A DNA stretch of 44,331 nt from Modestobacter sp. (GCA_025966175.1 JAOPVN010000078.1:1-44331); one strand, 5' to 3'. Shown: positions 36,695 through 44,331, counted from the first letter of the stretch. Made by a program: numbers and translations. Notes: generated from the sequence alone by a model not told the origin.

Positions 36695-36731
36695 CGGGCC
36701 CGGCGGGCGCAGGACGCGCCCGCCGGGCCCG
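36695..36731. terminator. Stem-loop between convergent genes
   Basis: 16-bp arms CGGGCCCGGCGGGCGC / GCGCCCGCCGGGCCCG. Confidence 0.72.
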
Positions 36732-36733
36732 GC

Positions 36734-37627
36734 TCAGTCCGTGCCGCGGCCGAGGGTGCGCAGCGCGCCGCGGTAGACGGGGACGTCCACGAAGACGTCG
36801 TCCACCCGGAGCGACCCCACCCCGGCGGCCCGGGACTCCCACGCCTGCACGATCCGCTCGGCACGTGCCCGGTCGCCGTGGGACCCGCGGGACCCGTAGG
36901 CGGCGCGGACCGGTGCCACCTGCCCGGGGTGGATGGCGATCCGGCCACCGAACCCGTGGGCGATCGACCGCCGGGAGTCCTCGGTCAGGCCCGCCTCGTC
37001 GGTGAGCCCCAGCCACGGCCCGTCCAGCGGCGCGCCCCAGCCGGCGGCCCGGGAGTGGAGCACCAGCTGGGCCCGTGCGTGCTCGACCGCGGGACTGCCC
37101 GGCACGTTCTGCACGCCCATGTCCGCGGTGAAGTCCACCGTCCCGAACGCCAGCAGCACCCGCCGGGACGGCGCACCCGCGGTCAGCTGCGCCAGCTGCG
37201 CGATCCCCCGGGCGGTCTCCACCAGGGCCACCACGGCCACCGCCCCGGGCCGCTGCCCGCGCTGTTGCTCCAGCGCGCGCAGCGCCGCGTCGAGCGCGAC
37301 GAGATCGGCCGGCGACTCGCTCTTGGGCAGCATGACCGCTTCGACGGCCGGCCACACCGCGGCGGCGAGGTCGGCCTCCAGGTGCCCGCTGTCCGCAGCG
37401 TTGACCCGCACCCACAGCCGACGGCCCGGCGCCCGGTCCACCAGTGCCGCCCGGACCAGGTCCCGCGCCTCGGCCTTGCGCTCCGGCGCCACGGCGTCCT
37501 CGAGGTCCAGGACGAGGGCGTCGCCGTCCACCAGGTCCAGCTTGCCCAGGTGGGAGGCGCTGTCGCCGCGCAGGAACAACGCGGACTGCGGGGTCCCGCC
37601 CCAGCCGGCGTCCGGCTGGGCGGTCAC
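36734..37627 (-). CDS. HpcH/HpaI aldolase-citrate lyase beta (CitE-like) CoA-ester lyase
   Basis: LDLEDAV, WVRVN, MLPK, LVET, FGTVDF, IHPGQV. GTGA overlap with the BVMO gene. Confidence 0.92.
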   Translation of the reverse strand: MTAQPDAGWGGTPQSALFLRGDSASHLGKLDLVDGDALVLDLEDAVAPERKAEARDLVRAALVDRAPGRRLWVRVNAADSGHLEADLAAAVWPAVEAVMLPKSESPADLVALDAALRALEQQRGQRPGAVAVVALVETARGIAQLAQLTAGAPSRRVLLAFGTVDFTADMGVQNVPGSPAVEHARAQLVLHSRAAGWGAPLDGPWLGLTDEAGLTEDSRRSIAHGFGGRIAIHPGQVAPVRAAYGSRGSHGDRARAERIVQAWESRAAGVGSLRVDDVFVDVPVYRGALRTLGRGTD

Positions 37628-39345
37628 GAGCCGGCGAGGGCGCCGGCGGTCCGGTGGCCGGAGGTGCCCACGTCCCCGGGTGCGGCCGGCTCCAGCCGGA
37701 ACCCGCGGTACCCCTCGGCGGCGACCTGGTCGCAGCGCTTGCGGTACCTGCCGACGCCGCCGGCGTAGGGCATGAACACCCGGGGCTTGCCCGGCACGTT
37801 GGCGCCGAGGTACCAGGAGTTGGCCTGCTTGTAGAGCGTCCGGTCCGCCGCCTGGTTGACGTGCTCGACCCAGTCGTCCTCGGCGTCGACCTCCGCCTCG
37901 ATCGTCGCCAGGCCGGCGGCCTGCATGTGCTGCATGCAGTCGACGATCCACTCGACGTGCTGCTCGACGGCGAGCACGACGTTGCTCAGCACCGCCGGGC
38001 TGCCCGGACCGGTGATGGTGAACAGGTTGGGGAAGCCCGCGGTGCCCAGTCCCAGGTAGGTCCGCGGCCCGGCCGCCCACTTCTCGCGCAGGGTGAGGCC
38101 GCCGCGGCCGCGGATGTCCATCCGCAGCAGGGAGCCGGTCATGGCGTCGAACCCGGTGGCGAAGACGATGACGTCGACCTCGTGGACCTGGCCGGCGACC
38201 TTGACGCCGGTCTCGGTGATCTCCTCGATCGGCGTGTGCTTCACGTCGACCAGGGTCACGTCGTCCCGGTTGAACGTCTCGAAGTAGCCGGTGTCCACGC
38301 AGATCCGCTTGGAGCCGATCGGGTGGTCGGTGGGGATGAGCCGCTCGGCGATCTCGGGGTCGTGCACCACCCGCCGGATCTTCTCGCTGACGAACTCGGC
38401 GGCCAGCGCGTTCGCCGCGAGATCGGTGCCCAGGTCCTCGAAAGCCGCCATGAAGGCGAATCCGCCCATCTTCCAACGGGCCTCGAACTGGGCGCGGCGC
38501 TCCTCCTCGGTGACCGCGAAGACAGACACCCGGTTGGTCCGGATCATCGACCCGCCGAAGGACCGGCGGGCCTGGTCCCGGTACTCCGCGTAGTGCTCCT
38601 TGACGTCGCGCACCTGCTCGGGGTCCAGGGGCTGGTTGGCGCCGGAGATGCTGAAGTTCGGCGTCCGCTGGAACACCGTCACGTGGGCCGCCTGCTCGGC
38701 GATCAGTGGCAGGGACTGGATGCCCGAGGAGCCGGTGCCGATCAGCGCGACCCGCTGGCCGGTGAAGTCCACGCCCTCGTGCGGCCAGCGCCCGGTGTGC
38801 ACGGCGCGCCCCTGGAAGCGGTCGAGCCCGGGGAAGTCCGGGATCCGCGAGGAGGACAGGCAGCCGACCGCCGTCACGACGAACCGGGTGCGCACCTGCT
38901 CACCGGCATCGGTCGTGACCGTCCAGCAGTCGGTCTCCTCGTCGAAGACCGCCGACTCCACGCGCGTCTCGAACGTGAAGTGCCGCCGCAGGTCGAAGCG
39001 GTCGGCGACGTGCTCGATGTAGGCCAGCAGTTCCGGTTGCTCGGGGTAGCGCTGGGTCCACGTCCACTCCTGCTGGAGCTCCTCGGAGAAGGAGTAGGAG
39101 TACTCGACGCTCTCGATGTCGCACCGGGCGCCGGGGTAGCGGTTCCAGTACCAGGTCCCGCCCACTCCCCCGCCGACCTCGAAGCCCCGGACCGAGAACC
39201 CGTTGGTGGTGAGGTGGTGGACGGCGTAGAGCCCGCCGAAGCCGGCCCCGATGACGACGGCGTCCACGACCTCCCCCTGCGCCGGGGGCTGGGCTCCCGT
39301 CCCGTTGACCGCGGGACGGGGGACGACGGGAACTGCCTCGGGCAC
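37624..39345 (-). CDS. Type I Baeyer-Villiger monooxygenase (PAMO/steroid monooxygenase-like)
   Basis: GAGFGG, GGTWYWNRYPGARCD, fingerprint FQGRAVHTGRWP, GTGSSG, KR, ATGFD. Confidence 0.96.
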   Translation of the reverse strand: MPEAVPVVPRPAVNGTGAQPPAQGEVVDAVVIGAGFGGLYAVHHLTTNGFSVRGFEVGGGVGGTWYWNRYPGARCDIESVEYSYSFSEELQQEWTWTQRYPEQPELLAYIEHVADRFDLRRHFTFETRVESAVFDEETDCWTVTTDAGEQVRTRFVVTAVGCLSSSRIPDFPGLDRFQGRAVHTGRWPHEGVDFTGQRVALIGTGSSGIQSLPLIAEQAAHVTVFQRTPNFSISGANQPLDPEQVRDVKEHYAEYRDQARRSFGGSMIRTNRVSVFAVTEEERRAQFEARWKMGGFAFMAAFEDLGTDLAANALAAEFVSEKIRRVVHDPEIAERLIPTDHPIGSKRICVDTGYFETFNRDDVTLVDVKHTPIEEITETGVKVAGQVHEVDVIVFATGFDAMTGSLLRMDIRGRGGLTLREKWAAGPRTYLGLGTAGFPNLFTITGPGSPAVLSNVVLAVEQHVEWIVDCMQHMQAAGLATIEAEVDAEDDWVEHVNQAADRTLYKQANSWYLGANVPGKPRVFMPYAGGVGRYRKRCDQVAAEGYRGFRLEPAAPGDVGTSGHRTAGALAGS

Positions 39346-39392
39346 AGGTGCCTCGCTTCGGATGCGACGGGGGCGTCCACGGAGAGCGGACG

Positions 39393-39411
39393 TGACGACA
39401 CCGTCAGATTA
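39393..39411. promoter_or_regulatory. Putative operator overlapping the BVMO -10 box
   Basis: TGAC-GACACC-GTCAGATT; minus-strand TAATCT at 39411-39406. Confidence 0.68.
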
Positions 39412-39461
39412 GCTGGACCAGGCCCGATGCGGGAGTACCCCCGCTGAACCGGCGGGCCCGG

Positions 39462-39656
39462 TCAGGCCTCGATGAGCTCGATCGCCTGCGCCGGGCAGGA
39501 GGCCGCGCCGAGCGCGGCGGGGTCCTCCAGCTCGGGGGTGACGTCGACGTCGCCGGTGGCGCAGAACCCGTCGTCGTCGAGCTCGTAGACCTCCGGTGCC
39601 AGCAGGGCGCACTGGCCGTGCCCGGCACACTCGATCTGCTTGACGTGGACCTTCAC
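39462..39656 (-). CDS. Ferredoxin (3Fe-4S type, CxxHxxC...CP)
   Basis: 64 aa, CAGHGQC...SCPAQAI; GTG start after AGGAGGAG. Confidence 0.93.
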   Translation of the reverse strand: MKVHVKQIECAGHGQCALLAPEVYELDDDGFCATGDVDVTPELEDPAALGAASCPAQAIELIEA

Positions 39657-39680
39657 TGGAGGCTCCTCCTGCGGGGCGGT

Positions 39681-39700
39681 ACCGCGGCCCGGGCCGCGGT
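39681..39700. repeat. Perfect 20-bp palindrome
   Basis: ACCGCGGCCC|GGGCCGCGGT, just upstream of the ferredoxin SD. Confidence 0.7.
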
Positions 39701-39721
39701 GGGGGTGGACGGGAGGCCGGG

Positions 39722-40501
39722 TCAGCGCAGCCGCGGCGCGCGGCGCTCGGCCGGGTGCTGCGGGCCGCCGCCCTTGTTGCCGAGCTGGGCGTAGGAGAGT
39801 CCGGTGCGCTTGGCGTGCGACGGCATCTGGTCCAGTGACTCCCAGATGGCGCGGACGGTGCCCTGGATGCCGTCGGGGCGGCGGGCGGCGATCTCCGCCG
39901 CCAGCTGCGCGGCGTGCGCCCAGAGCCGGTCCCGCTCGACGATCTCGGTGACCAGGCCGATCCGCTGTGCGGTCTCGGCCGTCATGCGCTCCTCGTTGCC
40001 CAGCAGCGCCCAGCGCATGACCTCGCCGAGCGGGATGCCGCGGTGCAGCATGCCGATGGGCTCCAGCGCCGAGACCATGCCGCCGCTGGCGTGCGGGTCG
40101 AAGAACGTCGCCTCGGGCGCGGCGATGATGATGTCGGACTCGTTGAGCAGGTACATCGCCCCGCCGGCCGCGATGCCCTGCACCGCGGTGATCACCGGCT
40201 TCCAGACCCGCTGCGACTTCGGGCCGAGCAGCGCACCCGGGTCCTCCTGGGAGAAGACCGGCAGGTCGCTCCACCAGGGTCCCTCGCGGATGTCCATGCC
40301 GGTGCAGAAGGCCCGGTCCCCGGCCGCCCGGAGCACCACGCAGCGGATGTCGGCGTTGGTGCGGACCTCCCGCCAGACCTGGTCGATCTCGCTGACCATC
40401 TGCTCGTTGAACGAGTTCATCCGGTCGGGGCGGTTCAGGGTCAGCGTGGCGACGTGGTCGTCGACCTCGAACAGGACCGTGGACAGGTCGGGCTGGCTCA
40501 T
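39722..40501 (-). CDS. Crotonase-family protein (non-canonical, DPH motif)
   Basis: TLNRP, FCTGMD, AGGAMY, FFDPH...ALEP. Confidence 0.9.
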   Translation of the reverse strand: MSQPDLSTVLFEVDDHVATLTLNRPDRMNSFNEQMVSEIDQVWREVRTNADIRCVVLRAAGDRAFCTGMDIREGPWWSDLPVFSQEDPGALLGPKSQRVWKPVITAVQGIAAGGAMYLLNESDIIIAAPEATFFDPHASGGMVSALEPIGMLHRGIPLGEVMRWALLGNEERMTAETAQRIGLVTEIVERDRLWAHAAQLAAEIAARRPDGIQGTVRAIWESLDQMPSHAKRTGLSYAQLGNKGGGPQHPAERRAPRLR

Positions 40502-42138
40502 CGGAGCACCTCCGGGACATCGGGCGTCGGCACGTCCTGGACGCGGCTGCGCAGCTGTGGCTTCATGACCTTCCCCATCGCATTGCGGGGCAACGCCTCC
40601 ACGACCTCCACCTGGACCGGGAGCTTGCGGCGGTTGAGCCCGCGCTCGGCCAGGTGGGCGCAGAGCTCCTCGAGCGTCGGGACGGCGTGCCCCGGCTCGG
40701 GGACGACGACCGCACAGACCCGCTCCCCGGTGGCCGGGTCGGGCAGCCCGATCACCGCGACCTCGGCGAGGCCGGGGAAGTCCATCAGCCGGTCCTCCAC
40801 CTCCCGCGCCGAGATGTTCTCCATGTTGCGGATGATCACGTCCTTGATCCGGCCGGTGATCGTGATGTAACCCCGGTCGTCGAGCCGGGCGAGGTCGCCG
40901 GTGCGGAAGTACCCGGCCTCGTCGAAGGCGTCGGCATCCAGGCCGGCGTCGACGTACCCGACCGTCAGCTGCGGTGCGCGGACCCGCAGCTCACCGGCCT
41001 CGCCGGGGTCCGCGCGGGAGCCGTCGGCCCGCAGCACCACCACCTCGGTGCCCGGCGGCGGCCGGCCCTCGGTCGAGGCCAGCGCGTCGTCGGGGTCGTC
41101 GACCCGGGCCCAGCTCAGGTACGGGCACTCGGTCAGCCCGTAGCCGGACACGATCCCGACCCCGCCGAGCTCCGCCTTCACCTCGGCGTGGAACGACGGG
41201 GGCCGGGGCGAACCGCCCACCAGCCAGGCCCGGACGTCGGGGAACATCGGCTCGTCCGGCCGCTGGCGCTGCCGGTGCAGGTAGGCCTTGATGAACGGGA
41301 CGCCCGAGCCGCCGAGGGTGACCCGCTGCTCGCCCAGCTGTTCGGGCGTGGAGGCCGGGTCGAAGACGTCGGTGATGATGATGCTCGACCCGGTCGCCAG
41401 GGCGGAGAGCACGTGCAGCACGCCGCCGACGTGCGCGATCGGTGCCAGCGACGCGGTGCGGTCCTCGGGCAGCGGCTCGATCGCGCGGCAGAAGGTGTCC
41501 GCGGCGGCCAGCAGGCCCTGGTCGGTGTGCTGGGCGCCCTTGGGCTCGGCCGTGGTGCCCGACGTGTAGAACAGCCACCGCACCGGCGGCCGGCCGTCCG
41601 GTCCGGTGCGCGACGGCTCCGGCGGGAGGGTGGCGGGATCCCCGGCCGGGAGCTCGCCGTCGGACACCAGCACGTCCAGCCCCGGCTGTCCGGCGGCCAC
41701 GGCGTCCGCCATCGCACCGTGGTCGGTGCCCCGGAACACCGAGGGCACGACGAGCAGCCGCGACCCGGCCTGCGCGGTGATGAAGGCGACCTCCGGCTCG
41801 CGCAGCATCATGATCAGCGGGTTCTGCACGGCCCCGAGCCGGGACAGGGCGAAGAACAGCACGATCGTCTCGACCCGGCTGGGCAGCTGCCAGGAGACGA
41901 CCGACCCCGGCTCGACGCCGCGCGCCAGCAGGCCGGCGGCGGCCCGTTCGGCTGCCTCGCGCAGCTCGGCGTAGGTGACCGCACGCCGGCGCTCGTCGAA
42001 GACGGCCACCGCCTCGGGGGTTCGCTCGGCGGTCTCCCGCAGCAACTGCCACAGGCCCGCCGTGTCCAGCGCGGGGGTCGTCGGCCGCCAGGGGCCGGTG
42101 CCCTGCCAGGTCCGGCCCACCGGCTCCGCGGCGGTCAC
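40498..42138 (-). CDS. Acyl-CoA ligase (cyclohexanecarboxylate-CoA ligase-like)
   Basis: YTSGTTAEPKG, YGLTE, TGDL, GRIKDVIIR, RNAMGK. Confidence 0.93.
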   Translation of the reverse strand: MTAAEPVGRTWQGTGPWRPTTPALDTAGLWQLLRETAERTPEAVAVFDERRRAVTYAELREAAERAAAGLLARGVEPGSVVSWQLPSRVETIVLFFALSRLGAVQNPLIMMLREPEVAFITAQAGSRLLVVPSVFRGTDHGAMADAVAAGQPGLDVLVSDGELPAGDPATLPPEPSRTGPDGRPPVRWLFYTSGTTAEPKGAQHTDQGLLAAADTFCRAIEPLPEDRTASLAPIAHVGGVLHVLSALATGSSIIITDVFDPASTPEQLGEQRVTLGGSGVPFIKAYLHRQRQRPDEPMFPDVRAWLVGGSPRPPSFHAEVKAELGGVGIVSGYGLTECPYLSWARVDDPDDALASTEGRPPPGTEVVVLRADGSRADPGEAGELRVRAPQLTVGYVDAGLDADAFDEAGYFRTGDLARLDDRGYITITGRIKDVIIRNMENISAREVEDRLMDFPGLAEVAVIGLPDPATGERVCAVVVPEPGHAVPTLEELCAHLAERGLNRRKLPVQVEVVEALPRNAMGKVMKPQLRSRVQDVPTPDVPEVLR

Positions 42139-43682
42139 GATGCGCTCACCGCGGACGCGGAGACCCGCAGCTCGCGCTTGAGGATCTTCCCGGCCGGCCC
42201 GAGCGGGAGCTCGGTGCGGAACTCGAAGCTGCGGGGCTGCTTGTACCCGGCCAGCTGGGTGCGGCAGAGCCCCGCCAGCTCGGCCTCCAGGCCGGCCCGG
42301 TCGACCTCGCCCTTGGGCACCACGACGGCGACGGGCGTCTCGCCCCACTCGGGGTCCGGCGTGCCGACCACGGCGACCAGGTCGACGAGCGGGTGCCCGC
42401 CGATCACGCGCTCGAGCTCGGCCGGGTACACGTTGAACCCGCCGGAGATGATCATGTCGGTCTTCCGGCCGACGACGTGCAGGTAGCCGTCCTCGTCCAA
42501 CCGGCCCAGGTCGCCGGACCACAGGCCGGTGGGCCGGAAGGTCTCGGCGGTCTTCTCCGGGTTGTTCCAGTACCCGGTGGCCAGCGAGTCGGCGCGGATG
42601 ACGATCTCGCCGACCTCACCGCGGGGCAGCTCCTCGCCGTCCTCGCCGACGATCCGGATCTCCGCCTGCGGCGTCTCCCGACCGCACGAGGTGCGCAGCG
42701 ACTCCTTGCCGGCGACCATCGCGCGGTGGTCCTCCGGGCTGAGGATGGTGACCTGACCGCCGGCCTCGGTGAGCCCGTACCGCTGCTGCAGGTCGCAGCC
42801 CAGCCGGTCCATGGCCTCCTGGGCCAGGCCCGGCGGGACCGGTGAGGAGCCGTAGCTGATCCGCCGCAGGCTGCTCACGTCGCGCTGCCGGCCCTCCTCC
42901 TCCAGCAGCCGCAGGGTGCGCAGCAGCATCGTGGGGATGAAGGTGGTCATGGTGATCCCGCGGCGCTCGATCGCGTCGAGCACCGCCTCCGGGTCGAACC
43001 GGGAGTGGATCTCCATGGTCTGCCCCAGGTACATCCAGCCCAGGGTGCGGACCATGCCGCCGGCGGTGAAGAACGGCGTCGTGGCCAGCAGCACGTCGGA
43101 GTGCCGGGCCTCGGTGACCACGGTGGTGTCCAACGTCTGGGCGACCATGCCCCGGTGGGTGTTCACCACGGCCTTGGGCCGCCCCGTCGTCCCGCTGGTG
43201 TAGAGCAGGAAGTGGACGTCGTCCCCGGTGAGCGCGGCCGGCGTCGGGTCGACGTCGCGCCCCAGCTCGAGGGCCGCCTCGTAGGGCCGGCCGACGTCCT
43301 CCCCACCGATCTCCAGGACGACGTCCAGGTCGGCGAAGACCGAGGAGACCAGCCCGGCCTGGTCGGTGTGCACGATCGCCGCCCGCACGCCGGAGTCGGC
43401 GACGATGTACTCGATCTCCGCCGCCGACAGCCGGGTGTTGACCGGGACCGCGACGAGTCCGGCCTTGGCCAGCCCGAAGGTGATCTCCGGCCACTCGCCG
43501 GTGTTCCGGGCACAGACCGCCACCCGGTCGCCGAGGGTGAGCCCCCGGTCGATCAGGTGGGTGGCCAGCCGGTTGGCCCGGGCGTCCAGCGCCCCCCAGG
43601 TCACCGTGCCCGTGTCGGTCACCACGGCGGCCTTGTTGGGGTAGCGGCGAGCGTTCCGGCGGGCGATGTCACCGATGAGCAT
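42135..43682 (-). CDS. Class I adenylate-forming acyl/aryl-CoA ligase
   Basis: YTSGTTGRPK, YGLTE, SGDLG, IISGGFNVYP, AGKIL. Confidence 0.95.
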   Translation of the reverse strand: MLIGDIARRNARRYPNKAAVVTDTGTVTWGALDARANRLATHLIDRGLTLGDRVAVCARNTGEWPEITFGLAKAGLVAVPVNTRLSAAEIEYIVADSGVRAAIVHTDQAGLVSSVFADLDVVLEIGGEDVGRPYEAALELGRDVDPTPAALTGDDVHFLLYTSGTTGRPKAVVNTHRGMVAQTLDTTVVTEARHSDVLLATTPFFTAGGMVRTLGWMYLGQTMEIHSRFDPEAVLDAIERRGITMTTFIPTMLLRTLRLLEEEGRQRDVSSLRRISYGSSPVPPGLAQEAMDRLGCDLQQRYGLTEAGGQVTILSPEDHRAMVAGKESLRTSCGRETPQAEIRIVGEDGEELPRGEVGEIVIRADSLATGYWNNPEKTAETFRPTGLWSGDLGRLDEDGYLHVVGRKTDMIISGGFNVYPAELERVIGGHPLVDLVAVVGTPDPEWGETPVAVVVPKGEVDRAGLEAELAGLCRTQLAGYKQPRSFEFRTELPLGPAGKILKRELRVSASAVSAS

Positions 43683-43717
43683 GGGTCCTCACAGCATCGT
43701 GATGGGCAGGGGGCGCA

Positions 43718-43759
43718 CCGGAGCAGTCGCGCCGGGGCGGTCGCGCCGGAGCAGTCGCC
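43718..43759. repeat. 14-bp tandem repeat x3
   Basis: CCGGAGCAGTCGCG / CCGGGGCGGTCGCG / CCGGAGCAGTCGCC. Confidence 0.8.
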
Positions 43760-44275
43760 TCAGACGAGGAACGACATGGTGGGCAGTGCCCCACCGGCGT
43801 TGACCAGGTGCACGGTCTTGGCGACCAGCCGCGGCCCGTCGTCGGTGAGCCGGATGCGATACACGTAGCGGCCGGCCCACACGGTCATGGCGTACCGGTA
43901 CTCGTAGAGCGCGAAGTTCGCGGCCACCGTGGTCGTGTCGCCGTCCCGGTCGACGACCTCCAGGTTGGACACCGTGCGGCGCATGACCGAGGGCGGGGTC
44001 TGGGAGTGCCGGGCACCCGAGTTGAGCTGGGCCACCCGGCTCTTGATCCGCCGGCGGTTGTCGTAGACGTAGGAGAGCGTGACCTCGGGGTCGTCCTCGG
44101 GATGCATCGGCACCCAGTAGAGGCCGTCGTCGGCCCACAGCGACTCCCACTCGGAGTACCGGGCCTCGTCGGCCAGCCGGGCCTCCAGGTAGATCAGCCC
44201 GGCGAGGGCCGGGTCGACCGCCACGTCGGCCAGCGGCACCCGCGCCACCTCGTGCACTGCGGTCGGCTCAGCCAC
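43760..44275 (-). CDS. Aromatic ring-hydroxylating dioxygenase beta subunit
   Basis: EARLAD...W..LW...YWVP, SQTPPS.MRRTVSN, K.V.LVN. Confidence 0.93.
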   Translation of the reverse strand: MAEPTAVHEVARVPLADVAVDPALAGLIYLEARLADEARYSEWESLWADDGLYWVPMHPEDDPEVTLSYVYDNRRRIKSRVAQLNSGARHSQTPPSVMRRTVSNLEVVDRDGDTTTVAANFALYEYRYAMTVWAGRYVYRIRLTDDGPRLVAKTVHLVNAGGALPTMSFLV

Positions 44276-44331
44276 GGGAGCCCGCCAGCACGCCGGCCCA
44301 GTGCTTCCACCAGCCGCGCTGGGGCGTCTCG
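44268..44331 (-). CDS. C-terminal tip of probable Rieske dioxygenase alpha subunit (partial)
   Basis: Reads ETPQRGWWKHWAGVLAGSRG*, resembling the E-x3-R-x-(F/W)-x3-W ending of alpha subunits; overlaps the beta-subunit start. Confidence 0.65.
   Translation of the reverse strand, partial: ETPQRGWWKHWAGVLAGSRG

Noticed and set aside
1-44331. NRPS/PKS-type biosynthetic cluster (five adenylating enzymes)
   Set aside because: No KS, condensation or carrier domains; the small ORFs lack a convincing phosphopantetheine motif; the gene set is degradative.
1-44331. Canonical cholesterol (KstR/KstR2) cluster
   Set aside because: No kstD, kshAB, hsaABCD or ipdAB in the window, and no KstR-type boxes noticed in the intergenic regions.
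1-44331. Mobile elements, tRNA/rRNA, frameshifted pseudogenes
   Set aside because: No transposase or integrase motifs, no RNA gene signatures, and all recognised CDS appear full length with intact frames.

Overview
High-GC actinomycete DNA, almost entirely occupied by one large CoA-dependent catabolic island that continues beyond both ends of the window. It holds about 45 CDS. CoA chemistry: 5 acyl-CoA ligases, 4 acyl-CoA dehydrogenases, 3 crotonase-family enzymes, a split MaoC hydratase pair, 2 Cys-less SCPx/Ltp2-type thiolase homologues with 2 DUF35 Zn-ribbon/OB-fold proteins, a class III CoA-transferase, a thioesterase and a CitE-like lyase. Redox enzymes: 3 SDRs, a CYP124/125-like P450 with ADH and ALDH, a Baeyer-Villiger monooxygenase, an MhpA-like flavin hydroxylase, a Rieske dioxygenase alpha/beta pair, 2 F420-type LLM enzymes, a 3Fe-4S ferredoxin and KorAB. 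Others: an APH-fold kinase, an amidohydrolase, a Cys-less isochorismatase-family protein and three small uncharacterised proteins. The main unannotated signal is an asymmetric motif, TG-N8-GTCAGA(A/T) (ideal form TCTGAC-N6-GTCAGA). It occurs in all five divergent promoter regions and four other upstream regions, often overlapping TANNNT -10 boxes. The only regulator in the window is a tandem (double) TetR protein with the motif at its own 5' end, which suggests one regulon controlling an undescribed degradation pathway. The substrate cannot be determined from sequence alone. No RNA genes, CRISPR arrays or mobile elements were seen.
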